64,000 bases of DNA from Flaccisagitta enflata. Lineage: Eukaryota. The notes under the pieces are model-generated. The model was given only the letters and a program-made list of their open reading frames with translations. It made no database searches and was not told the origin of the DNA. The stretch spans positions 27,218,001 through 27,282,000 of the forward strand of contig OZ231126.1 of the NCBI GenBank assembly GCA_965153355.1, read 5' to 3'. A program made the translations under genes and the position numbers. Below are positions 15,367 to 27,725 of this stretch, piece by piece (position 1 is the first letter of the stretch; each line of letters starts with the position of its first letter).

Positions 15367-16616
15367 TAACAGGGTGGTAATTCATTAGGACACTCTCTTC
15401 AGAAATCAAAGTCTCAGGCTAGAATTGACATTATGACGCAGAGCAAGATCAGCCATGCAGATCCCATTCATATAGGTAAAAATATTGATCATGGATTTGA
15501 AGCTAACCAATATTTGATTATTATTAGGCAATGTATATTGATCGCATCGCAAAAAAAATTCATGCAAAATATTGATTTTTGAGCTATTTATTATTGAAGG
15601 ATGAAATGTCAGAAAAAATTCAAAAATTTCATCTATAGTCTATCATTATTTTATTAATTTCTGAAACCCTATGGATGTAGTATGGTATTTGAGTACTATT
15701 CATCTATTTTCCACAAATTCATTCATAAATCATTCATAAAATCATTCCTAAATGCAAATTTTCACGATTTTTTTTTCTTCCAAAAAAAAGGAAAGAGTTG
15801 ATATTTCTTTTCTTTGCTCCATAACAATGAAATATCATTTGTATAAATTGTTTATTGATTCATTCATTTATTCATTTATTTGTTCATTTATTTTATTCAT
15901 TTACTTATTATTCTATTGATTCATCTATGAATCCATTCATCAATCATATCTTCCGTCATGTCATAATTTTCTATAGCTATGAACAATGATCCGATATAAA
16001 ATGATTACAGATACTTATGTATTTGTCATCATTTAATTCATTTTTTCAACCATCCATCCATCCATCCTTCATTCATTCATTCATTCATTCATTCATTCAT
16101 TCATTCGTTCATTCATTCATTCATTCATATGTTTATTCATGTTTACAATCATGCAGACAGTCTATCCACTCATGTGAAATTCATCATGTCATTTCATTAA
16201 TTCATTTAATCAAGTGTAAATCTCATTGTCCGAAACGCTGACAAGTCATCATTCACTCACTATGATAGTTTATCCATTAACCAAAAAATATCAATCTTGA
16301 AGAGCATACGACAAACCTACTCACTAGGATTAAAAGACTAAGAAAATCAGTTGAAATTTTTAGTTCATTGGAATTTTCAAAATCAATAAAAAAAACCCAA
16401 CAATGATGCATAGATAACAAGGTCGGATACTCGGCCAATAAGTAGTCGCCTGCAGGTGGACAGGGGAAGTAATGCTGGTTGGCAGGGCGGGAGCTACTTT
16501 GTGGCTGAGCAGGGGCAGTAATACTCGGAAAAAAACTTTTCCAACCAATTTAACACCATCAAAATTTTCGGACGGAGCTACCTCCAAAGGGAGAGTTGCA
16601 AATGGCTAAAAAGAAA

Positions 16617-16674
<58 letters not shown>

Positions 16675-16697
16675 GACGAAGAGAGAGAGAGAGAGAA

Positions 16698-17192
16698 ACA
16701 AGGTCAACAAACCTTAGTCGCGTGGTAATAAAGGTAATGAAGGTAATTAAGGTAATCAAGGTAATTACATAATCACTACTAATAACCTAAAAATACCTAT
16801 CTTTATACCTAAAGTACCCTGAAGTACCCTAAAGTACCTTAAGTACCCTAAAGTACCTAATGTACCCTAAAGTACCCTAAAGTACCCTTAAGTACCTAAA
16901 GTGCCCTAAAGTACCCTTAAGTACCTGAAGAGGTGACTTAAGAGGTGACCTAAGAGGTGACTTAAGAGGTGACTCAAGTGACTCAAGTGACTCAAGTGAC
17001 TCAAGTGACTCAAGTGACTCAAGTGACTCAAGTGACTCAAGTGACTCAAGTGACTCAAGTGACTTATGTGACTTATGTGACTTATGTGACTTAAGGGGTG
17101 ACTTAAGTGACTTAAGGGGTGACTTAAGTACCCTAAAGTACCTTTAAAATGAAGATTAGAGCCATATGTCAAAAAAGTTACGTGACCGACCG

Positions 17193-17200
<8 letters not shown>
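16698..17200 (-). mobile_element. HINE carrying (AAGTACCCTA)n and (AAGTGACTC)n tandem arrays
   Basis: acaagg...tagtcgcgtgg end, 10-bp and 9-bp arrays at 16810-17140, gaccgaccgacc microsatellite. Same array type as in 45161-47610. Confidence 0.6.
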
Positions 17201-17259
<59 letters not shown>

Positions 17260-19014
17260 GACTTGGAATAGCCGTGTATCTGGCCTAGTTTTAGGTCTTT
17301 TGGCGGTTTTTACATCACTGCCCCTGCCTAATTGCTTGAGTGGGTTTTTATGTCACTGCCCCTGCCCACTAGCCCGAGACTTGGAGAACCGTGTATCCAG
17401 CCCATTTTTTCGGCCGTTCAGTATGTTGTTTTAATGATCATTACCTTGTCTTGCTAACTCAGTTCTTTTCCAAGGAAAATCAGAGGAAAATTGAGAAAAA
17501 CTGTGATATAACTAATTCACTGAGAATTTCAAATTTGCATAGGAAATGACAATTTCAAAAAACCAAAAACATACCGGGCTAGCCATTTGTAATACGGAGG
17601 CCGGCATGTTTTCAAAAATGCAAATTTTTTATATTTTTTTTAGATTTGAAATTCTCAAAATTCAAAATAATATTTTCGAAATTGTGAAAATCAATCAAAA
17701 ATTGTCTTAAAAAATCTTATAAACCTAGTTAGATAACGCTCACAAGGTGCAAACTGACCAGTAATGCTGTCTAACATGTAACTACACTATAACCTATCAA
17801 ACAGGCCCACTCCCTTATGATTTTGTAGCCCTTTTTCATTGTAGTACTCAAATTTCACAAATACTTAAAAAGTCATTGTCATCGTGACCTCTGCTTTGCG
17901 GAATTAACATACGGCCAAGATACAAGTCCGGGAGCCTTCAAACTTTTTTTCTTGTACAATAAACTATAATTGGGGGTAGGTCTGATCATTTGGGAGTCAG
18001 CAGTATTGGCATAGATGAACCATGTGGTTTGCTTAATGGCACAGTTCGGCCTTGGCACTCAGTTTTCTTGAGAATTCCTCGATTTCTAAACAGTTTTGAC
18101 CTGCCTAGCACCATTGCCACGGCTCAATATTGTTTTTTACGGTTATCATATCTGTTAGTAGGTATATTAAGTTCAATTTAACGGGCCAATTTATTACACG
18201 GAAATAAATACGATTGGTAAGGGGCCATAAATTCAAACGACTGAACTCTGACGGCCGGATTCTGCTCTGCGTCTTATGCTGAAATTTGATGTGTAACCTG
18301 GGTTATGTTTGAACTGAAAGGGAAAAAAAAAGTTTTCATAGACATCTAAAAGTTTGCCATATTTCATATAGTATAGTATATATAGTATAGTATATGTCAA
18401 AATTGGATAAATTATCAATTTTGACAAATCAATTTTAAGTGAAATTTTTGCATAATGCAACTACCAGTCACCATCAAATTTCTGGTGCTTCTTTAGGGAT
18501 TGTAATCAAACAAAAATAACTCATAGTTGAGTTGATTTTCTTTATATCTTTATCATAATGGTATTGAAAGTGATACCAGTAATGGCGACTGTCGCCGTGA
18601 GAAAAATAGTTGTAATCGTTGATCATTTTTCACTAAGCTTTTGTTTTCAGTCACTGCAAGTCTTTTTATTTGTTAGATTAAATCAAGAGCAATAGTATGT
18701 ATTGATTGCACTGAAAATCAGAGAAAAATAGGGCTGAGCCAAATAAGCTAGATGAGCGAAATCGCTCAAAATCACTCAACCAGACAACCAGCTATGCTCA
18801 CAGACATGATTTCTTGTATTTGTACGCTCAAATCAAAACATTTATCTATCCCATCAGAAAAAAAAGACTGAGCTAAATAAGCTAAGTGAGCAAGAATACT
18901 TAAAAACACCCTCATTGATGAGCAGCTATGCTCACTGACATGCTTTATTGTATCTGCTTGCTTAAACATGTACCAAAATATCTATTCATTTTTTGCTTTT
19001 GAAATCAGAAGAAA

Positions 19015-19179
19015 ACAAGGCCGGATACACGGCTATCAAAGTCGCGTGTGGGTGGGCAGGGGCCATATTTGAGGTCACCAGACCATTTGGGCAGGAGCAG
19101 TGACGTCAAAAAACTAAAATCAGAAAAAAAAGTAGTGTGACGGACCAACCAACCGACCAATGGACAAAGCGACTAAAAA
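19015..19179 (-). mobile_element. HINE family A copy
   Basis: aacaaggccggatacacggc ... (GACC)n ... gcgactaaaaa. Confidence 0.7.
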
Positions 19180-19356
19180 TTTGTATTCAAAATTTCAATT
19201 GTCATTACGCAGCTTCTAAAAACTGAGCTAGAATGCTCAAAAACACCCTCACAGATGAGCAGCTATGATCATAAACACGTTAACTTGTAATTGCATACTC
19301 CAACAAACATGAATACACTCCTTTATTGATCCTACTAAAAATCATGATAAATCGAA

Positions 19357-19539
19357 AACAAGGCCGGATACATGGCTACCAAAGTCACGTGCGGATGGGC
19401 AGGGGTCACTAGACCATTTGGGCAGTAGCAGTGAGGTCAAAGTAATAAAATCATAAAAAAAAGTAAAATGTGACCGACCGACCAACCGACCGACCAACGG
19501 ACAAAGCGGATTGTAGAGTTGCGTGCACGCGACTAAAAA
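19357..19539 (-). mobile_element. HINE family A copy
   Basis: aacaaggccggatacatggc ... (GACC)n ... agttgcgtgcacgcgactaaaaa. Confidence 0.75.
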
Positions 19540-19859
19540 TTCAATTTGAATTTTTTGTAAATAAATCTTTAAAAAATCTTGGCGCCAAATGTCAAATTTA
19601 CTATCTAGAGCATAAGTATGTAGACAAGCGTTTATAACAATAACTCTGCTTAGAATAACAAATCTATAAAAAGATCAGTGAGATTCTGAAAATACTTCAA
19701 ATTTCTGAACTAATGCCGCAAACTGAAATTGTTTAGCTCAAGCCGTTTAGAAATGACAAGCAAAACAAGATTGATAGCCCAAGTGAAAAATAGCAAAAAT
19801 ATTTTATCTACATTTCTGCTTATAGTACCAAAGTCATTATTCAAATAGATTTTCAGGTA

Positions 19860-20074
19860 TTAAGTCGCGTCCTACGCGACTCTACACCCCGCTATGTTGT
19901 TCCGTCCGTCGGTTTGTCGGTCCGTTGGTCGGTCTGTCAGTCCATCGGTCATACTTTTTTTTGGGTTGTTGCAGTTTTTGACCTCACTGCTCCTGCCCAA
20001 ATGATCAAGTGACCTCAAATACGGCCGCTGCCCACCCGAACGCGACTGGGGTAGCCATGTATCCGGTCTTGTTT
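19860..20074 (+). mobile_element. HINE family A copy
   Basis: agtcgcgtcctacgcgact, (GTC[C/G])n, acgcgact, gccatgtatccggtcttgtt. Confidence 0.75.
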
Positions 20075-20341
20075 CATCTAATTTTATATCCCTGCTGCAA
20101 GACCAAACACTAATCCTTATCATTTTTTTCTGCCTGTTTTCAGCCTTATTCAGTCATTGTGGTTGAAGATAAGGCTTAAGGGAGCACATAAAATTGATTG
20201 ACATGAAAGATCTTTAACAACTGTCAAGGAGGGAAAAGTTAAAAGGAAAAAATTTCTAAGATGAAACAGATCTTTTTTTTGTTTAGGTTTTCCTGCTTGG
20301 GCGAAGCTTTGATTCGAGTAGATTCGGGTTGAAATGTATTA

Positions 20342-20432
20342 AACCCAGCCCTCACCTAGCCCTAAAGCTAGCCCTAACCCTAGCCCTAACCCTAAAACTA
20401 CTCCTAACTCCAACCTTAACCCTAACCCTAAA
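20342..20432. repeat. Degenerate (CCCTAA)n-like repeat
   Basis: ccctaaccctagccctaaccctaaa...ccttaaccctaaccctaa. Confidence 0.7.
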
Positions 20433-20860
20433 TAAAAAACCTGCTTAGAAAGTCAGTAAAATAAAGGACATCACCAAATTCGAAAACAGTATCTGATTAT
20501 AATGCATTAATATATCAAACTTATTGGAAATGTTTAAAAACTCAAATTCGAAGACTTACTATTACTTGAAGATGTACAACTTCATATATATAACATAATT
20601 GAAAAGTTTTTTTAAAGATTATTTTTGAATAAACTAGCCAACTGTCTACATACTTTTGCTCTATATAGTACTTATCCTATCAGTTACATTGGAGGCCCCA
20701 ATCGGTCAATTGAGAGTCACAATGTTCGCATGAGAAAATGGAAACCATGTTTTTCTTGAACATGTCAAAAAGTTCCCCGATTTATGTGACAGAAATTGTG
20801 TTGATTTAACCCCATTTTTTGTTACACAGCTTATCAAAATCTCAAGTATGAAGGCAGTTA

Positions 20861-21418
20861 CAGTACGATGGGAGCAATGACGACCTAGACTGGAGGATAG
20901 ATTTTAGGTATCCTAATTTTATTTGTATCATAAAATATTTGAGATCTAAACGAATTAAAGGTTGCTTTATTGAGTGAATACATTTGTGTCTCTTATACTT
21001 CAACTTGTGACTTGACCTCATCCAGAATTCATTTTTTAAGGTTTTAACCTATTTCATTAGATTGGGCAAAAAATTTTATATAATTTTGAAAAAAAACAGC
21101 TCAATCAGACCATTTTTACAGGTTTTATGGCTATCTTTAATGAATAAAAGTTATGCAAATTAGTTTTTGGGCAAAACTTAAAATGACCATAAAACCTAAA
21201 AAAATGAGCTGAGTTTTCTTCAAAACTATATAAAATTTTCCACCCGATCTATTAAAATAGGTTAGAACTTCGAAAAATTAAGTCTTGATGAGGTCAAGTC
21301 GCAAGTTGAAGTTTGAGAGACGCAAACATTTTCACTCAATAGAGCAACCTTTAAATCTCAAATTTTTTATGAAACAAATGAAATTATGATATTTAAAATC
21401 CATCCTCCAGTCGTACTG
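20861..21418. mobile_element. CAGTACGA-family foldback MITE, TA TSD
   Basis: ta|cagtacgatgggagcaatgacgacctagactggagg ... cctccagtcgtactg|ta; palindromic interior. Confidence 0.8.
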
Positions 21419-22388
21419 TAGGTTCCCAGGTCTTTTAACAGCATTCATCATCAACAAAATAAACGGCAGAAAAAAGATCTAAACTTTGTTGCCCATTTAA
21501 TTTAATTATAGTTTTCAGCTTGGCCGACTTATTGCGCAAATGACCTTGTGAGCTAATGATCTAGTGTGCTTTCATTTTTCATGTTGCGCTGTTTTTTTAC
21601 CAGCTAAGTGCCCGGCCGGAAGTCATGGCTTATCTGGCAAATTCTATGACGCATTCTTACATTTATTGCTTTTTTTTTTAAAGATTAATCATACAGAGTC
21701 AAACTGAAGTTTCGATGCTAACAGGCTTTCTGTCGTAGACTTAATCTAAATTCTGGCCTGCATCTTTACAACTCATTAGCAGGGTTACACAGATGTCCAA
21801 ATCGCATATGCCTCATAAGTAAGTTCGATACTTGCTGTTGTACGGCGTTATGTTACTTGTTTATTGCTAAAACAAAATAAATTCGATGGATAAATATTGG
21901 ATATAGTTTGGCAGGTAATTGGCCCTTGCTAGATAATCTATGTCTCATGATTTTTTATGGACAAAATCTATGATTATTAGCCTGTTGCCCTGTACCTATA
22001 TGACAAAAAGCAATAAAATCGACATTCTCCGAGCACATCAAGTTGTGGGACTGTCTCAGGCTTCTATTGAAATCAATATTGGCTTTGAAATTCTACTTTT
22101 AGGTGGCCGCGTCTTACCCTCTACTAACCTTACCCCTATAGGAAATCCAAAATTTCAGAGTACTCAAATCTCAATTTTGACTGCGGATTTGGGCTGATAA
22201 TTGAAAATGTTCTCCTTTTTTTGATATTCCAATTAGAAGGTGGTCAAAAGTACTGTCAAATGTCGTAAAACATACCGAATGATCGAATGATCTGTGATTT
22301 TATCCATTTTCATTAATTATCGCATCAATCAATACCATCGTATTTTTTCTAAACATACCTTTCCTTTGTAAGATCATTTAACTCACCT

Positions 22389-23556
22389 TTTTTGGGCAGC
22401 GGCCCAGAAGGGGACAATGTCCTGTAGAACACAGGGGGACTTTCGTTCCTCCGTTCGTTCATTTGTTTGTCCCCCCCCTCCTCATCAGGCCCCTCGAGCC
22501 TGAAATCTGGCCTCTCAGGACTGAAATCTGGCCTCTCTGGTCAGAAGTCTAGCCTCTCTTGTCTAAAATCTGGCCTCTCAGGCCCTAAATCTGGCCTCTC
22601 AAGCCTCAAATTAGGCCTCGAAAGCCTCAAATTAGGCCTCTCGGGCCTCAAATCAGGCCTCTCTACCCTCAAATCTGAATTCTCAGGCTTCAAATCTGGC
22701 CTCTCAGGCCTCAAATTAGGCCTCTCATACCTCAAATCAGCTTGATAGCGAAAAAAAATAATAAACTGGGTTTTGTGACCCAAATTTGAATTCTGGCTTC
22801 TGATTGGCTAAAAGAAATCTGGTGAGCCAATCAGAAACCAAAGCCCTCTAATCTGATAGAGAAAACCTTGAAGAATATTTTCCAAATATTTTTTTTCAAA
22901 ATTTCAATGTACTATGTACCTAGGGGTACCCAAATTGGCCCTGCATAGGTTAAAAATCACCCGAATCAGGAATCTTACTCCAATTCTTTTTCCATTAGAT
23001 TCTTTGGATCAAAACAGGTAGATTGACATAAAGAATATGTTTGTAATACATGTTCAGGCTGAATTATTATTTTTTGAAGTTCAAGGGGTACCCAAAATTT
23101 TAAGAATTTTGAGCCCCTGTAAAAGCCAAAATATTGATCGCAGAACAAAAAAATTGTGGATATGTGAATAACATCCCAAGACCTACCTTTACACCAAATA
23201 TTAGCAAATCTATTTTTTATGGTTTGACTGATCTGTGCTGGAATTACCCCTCTGACCTTTCAAGCCTCAATCCAGCTCTCCCAAGCTTACAGTCAGCCCT
23301 CTCAAGCTTCCAAATTGCATTCTCAGGCCTTACATCAGCCTTCTTAGACCTCAGTTTAGGCTCTTGAAGGCCTTCAGTCAGCCCTCTATAGCATCTCATC
23401 CACTTTTTCAGGCAGGATGAACGAAAGTACCCCTGTGTTCTACAGGACTTCCTCCCCTTTGGGGCCGCTGCCCTGCTTCCATTCACTCCAATTCACAATC
23501 ACTCAAAGCAGGGCAACCGGCATCGCTGACCACATATTGCCCCTGGGCAACCTGTT
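22389..23556 (+). mobile_element. HINE family B variant with (CTCAGGCCTCAAATCTGGCCT)-like 21-bp array
   Basis: tttttgggcagcggcccagaaggggac...ctgtagaacacagggg is inverted at 23425-23475; 21-bp repeats at 22485-22740; 3' tail gctgaccacatattgccc. It sits inside a larger foldback element (~22020-23825). Confidence 0.65.
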
Positions 23557-24220
23557 AAAAATCTTTAGCGTAGATTTCGATAATGATCCTGAAGGAATTT
23601 TAAAAAAAGAAAAGCACTTTCAACAGACAGTTTTCCATGCAGATTTCAAATCTGCAGTCAAAATTTTGATTTGAGCAATTCAAAATTTTTTGGTTTTCTA
23701 AAGATCAATGGGAAGTTCAAGGTAAGGCTCGGCAACCAGGATGTTAATATTTTTAAGTTAAAAATGATCACTATGATGACAATAGAAGCCCAAGATAGCT
23801 CCACAACACAAACTGCTCCGATTTTCAGTACAGACTAATGATTGAACAATAAAAACTTAAGTAAACAATTGTACATGTATTTCCACCAGTGGAAAAATCA
23901 CTGACAAGAAAAATTGATTCGAGGATGACGAAGATGATTTGTTGCAAACTGAAGAATCATTCAATCAATCAGAACAAAGTACATTAAGGGATGAAGCTGA
24001 TAATCTTATGCTGAAATCCGGAATGAATTAATGTAAAGTATTACACACAAACATTATCATCTATCAAAAAAAGCAAAATGACGGTTAATATGCAAAATCA
24101 AAAACATGAAAAGTCAATACAAGAAGATCATAGAATATCCGGCACAGTCCAGTCCAGTAAACATTCACACACACACTCTCTCACGCAAAAACAAACACAC
24201 ACAAAAACGCGCTCATTTTC

Positions 24221-24572
24221 TCAAAAAGTCTGGCTTGATCCGTCCTTGTTTATTTTCGGTACTCGACCGACCATCTTCTGCAGTTTTGTAATTTGAGAGA
24301 TGAGCGTTTTGTTGTTACTCTCGAGCGTCTCGAGCCGTCTCTTCAGCTCCGAGTTTTCCCCGATCGAGGTCTGCAATTTCAATTCCAACGAATCCAAATA
24401 TTCCTTCTTTTTCCTGCGACTTTCCTGAGCCGAGATTTTATTCTTAATTTTGCGACGGCATTTTTTCAAGCACCTTTCTTCGGCTTTGGTGAGAGGGAAG
24501 CGAGTCGGAACCGGATATCCCTCTTGAATCAACGTCCGCTTCTCTTCTTCCGAAATGGAGTAAATACCGCGG

Positions 24573-24665
<93 letters not shown>

Positions 24666-24928
24666 TCTAATGCTGATACCGTCGTAGACGCTGATGGGGA
24701 CTCGTCTCTGGACTTGCTGACGGTTTTCGATCGGCCACCATTGTTGTTGTTGTTGTTGTTGTTGCTGCTGTTAATGCTGGTAATCTGTCCGGTTACGCCG
24801 CCATTGCGACAGCGTTGTTTGGCTGGGGTTGGCTGAAAGTCGTCATCATCGTCGTCGTCGTCTTGGAACAGCGCCATCGTCGTTATCGTTTTCGTCGTCG
24901 ATTGAGATGCACCATGAAGATTTTGAAT
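24221..24928 (-). CDS. CrebA: CrebA / CREB3L1-2 family bZIP transcription factor, last coding exon (bZIP)
   Basis: Acceptor tatgacag|ATT at 24928 (phase 0). Encodes [56 protein letters not shown] plus a leucine zipper, the CREB3L1/L2/CrebA signature. Stop follows ~15 aa after the zipper, with no TM segment. Confidence 0.93.
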
Positions 24929-25084
24929 CTGTCATAATTAAAGCACGAAAAAAAAGTATAAGCGTGTACCACTTCTTCATGACCTCGAGAGCCACTTGTT
25001 TGGGACCAGGGGAGGGAGGGAGAGAGAGTAAGAATGAGGGAGTGAAGTGAGAATGAGGGAGAGTGAATGAATGAGTGAGTGAGT

Positions 25085-25132
<48 letters not shown>

Positions 25133-25213
25133 TAGTGAGAGTTCCTTATTCAAGAATCCAAGTTTACTTGGCACAGGTCTTTCGCTTTCAACGTGGTGGG
25201 CCTGGGAGCTTAC

Positions 25214-25631
25214 CGAGCGTAAAGGCGAGGATGCCGGGGAGCGTTTAGGCGAAGCGCCGCTTTCACTTTCGCTGGAGGAAGTAGCGATGGGAGTGGGAGG
25301 AAGCGCGATCGAAGTCGAAGGAAGAAGCGTCGAAGACAGGTCGCAATCTTCTTCCTCCAAGGGTTCGAATTTAATCGGCGTCGAGATGGTGGCATCGTCA
25401 TTTTTCGTCGTCGTCATCGTCTTCGTCGTATCATCCACATCACCTCTGAATTCCGTCTTACCGTGGGAATTCGAAGCAGAGACGGAATTATGCAGATTAG
25501 AATTTGGCGACAGGAAAAAAGCCAAATTCCCGTTGGGAAGTTTCTTGACTTCCGTGGCTCGTGCTAACAAAGCGCGACGACCGTTGGGCAACGTGGCTGT
25601 CTTCGTCGTGGATGGCTGGAAGAAGTCGCGG

Positions 25632-25671
<40 letters not shown>

Positions 25672-25679
25672 GGTTGTGG

Positions 25680-25713
<34 letters not shown>

Positions 25714-27139
25714 CTGATTGGAGCAAAGACGCAGAAGATATGGTAGTCACCCTCGGAATAGCTATCTTGCAAGACGATGATGAAGACGTCGACGAGGAAG
25801 ACGACGATCCTGATGACGAAATCGGAATGCTGACGAGAGGAGGAGGAAGGAGAGGAGAAGTAGGAGCAATCAGTCCTGGTTCTCTTTTTATGCTGATGCA
25901 GGGCAGATCAGAAGGTAAAGTTTCCATCGGGAAATCCGAGCAAGAAGCAGATGAAGCCGACCCGGATGTTAAAACGGTCGATGCGCTTTTAAAGTTGATG
26001 TTGACAATTCTCGAAGAAGAGGAAGAACGAGAGTCGAAAGAAGGGGAGGAGGAAGAGGAAGAGGAGTAAAGATCGACGTCTTCCGGCAACAGGATGTGAT
26101 CCACGGCGGCGATGACTTCTTCCACGCCGTTAACGGCCGTGGAAACGCCGCCGTCGACGCTAAAATCGGCGGTGACGAGGCTTTCAATGACACCGTCGTC
26201 GACGCCGTTGAATACAGCGCCACGGGATGCGGATGACGGCGCTGACGTCGAGGATGCGGCTTCATGCGCGTTCGAGATGGACAAAGAGTAAGAATGATCG
26301 GCTGACAAATGCGGCATGGAAGATTCGAACGTGAAAGCGCCGAGGCGATCGATTGCTTGGACGGGGACAAGCGGCTGCTGCTGCTGCTGTTGCTGCTGCT
26401 TGACTGTTAGAATGGGTTTTTCCTCTAACGGTGGAGGAGGAAGGAGTAAAGAATGCTGCTGTAGGCGGCGTTGCTGCTGTGTAGACGACTGTTGCTGCAG
26501 GGTAAGACGCGCTTCCTGAAATCCTTCCAAATCGCCCGTCGAAGATGATGACAATATCGGAAACGTAGTCGGAGGTTGGAATACGTCGTCGGAGAAGAAA
26601 GATCGAGCCGAAGAAGCGCTGTCGAGACCGGAGCCGGTAGGGGAGCGGGAAAAGGAAGAAGCGGATGCGTCAAGATGGCTTCCTTCGCTTTCGGTCGACG
26701 AACGATTTGGGACGATTTCCTTAGTTGCCGCAGTTTTAGTACCGTCGACGACGTTGTTGATTTCAGATCTGCCTTGATGATCAGTGCTGTGAAAAATGTC
26801 GTTGTAACAGCCATCGTCGCGTAAATACGTATTGATTACGTCTCCGTTGGAATCGTTGTCGAAATCGCGGTTGAGCCAATCACAGTTCAAAAGTCGATCC
26901 GCGTCGAAATTGGGAAAGTTGGATGCCGCCGTGGTTGATGCGGAACCGCCGGGGAATTCTGGCGTCAATATGGACGACGTGGATGACGACGACGGATTGA
27001 CAGAGAACGACGACAACGACGACGATGACGACGCCAACGAAGACGATGAAGTGAAGGCGTCGGCCTCGAATTTTGTCAAACGGTCAAACAAAAGCGGGTC
27101 GTCCAAATCGTCCAAATCGCCGCCGAAAAACTCCATCAT
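25214..27139 (-). CDS. CrebA: CrebA / CREB3L1-2 family bZIP transcription factor, large N-terminal exon
   Basis: Long open frame containing family motifs DHSYSL, IKREP/IKFEP and LPPTP..SSSESESGASP. Donor TCG|gtaagc at 25214 is in phase with the bZIP exon. First ATG is at 27139 (MMEFFGG), giving ~877 aa. The frame is open up to an acceptor at 27249, so an upstream coding exon is possible. Confidence 0.85.
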
Positions 27140-27295
27140 TTTGATGGCAGGAGGAAAAGGAGGAGGAGGAGGAAGAAGAAAAGGAGTAGTGGAAGAAGAT
27201 GATACCAATGATTGATTCGACGCGTTTATCAAGTCGTAACGATAAGTATCTGGAGCAAAGGAAAGTAGATGTGGATTAGAGAAGCGTAAAACAAC

Positions 27296-27343
<48 letters not shown>

Positions 27344-27598
27344 AGAAGGTAGAAATATGGTTTCGAACCAGGCCCTGATTCTGCTTGTCGTCGGGTTAGG
27401 GGTTGACTGTTTCCCAAAAATGTTACTTCTTTTTTATAAGGGCAGAAATTGAATCTTAAAAAAAAATGCTGAGGGGAAGCAACACAGCGAACGAGAACTT
27501 TTTGCACTGATAACAAGCACCAAAGGAAAAGAGGAAATATTACAAAGAGAGGCCCTCTTTCCAATTTATCAGCCGATTAATTAAATCACTTCAAAAGC

Positions 27599-27601
<3 letters not shown>

Positions 27602-27651
<50 letters not shown>

Positions 27652-27653
27652 CG

Positions 27654-27708
<55 letters not shown>

Positions 27709-27725
27709 GAAGAGAGAGAGAGACT
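27602..27725. repeat. Compound (GA)n-(CG)n-(CA)n microsatellite
   Basis: Directly visible dinucleotide runs. Confidence 0.9.

Noticed and set aside
22467..22783. Heptad-like ORFs (LKSGLSG)n / (LRPERPD)n
   Set aside because: Translation of a 21-bp tandem array within a family-B element.
24977..25213. C-terminal LSLSLS tail of the 751-aa ORF
   Set aside because: Read-through into the intron's (TC)n tract; a consensus in-phase donor lies at 25214.
25083..27215. Plus-strand ORFs of 328, 127 and 82 aa
   Set aside because: Antisense shadows of the CrebA exon; the minus frame carries the family motifs.
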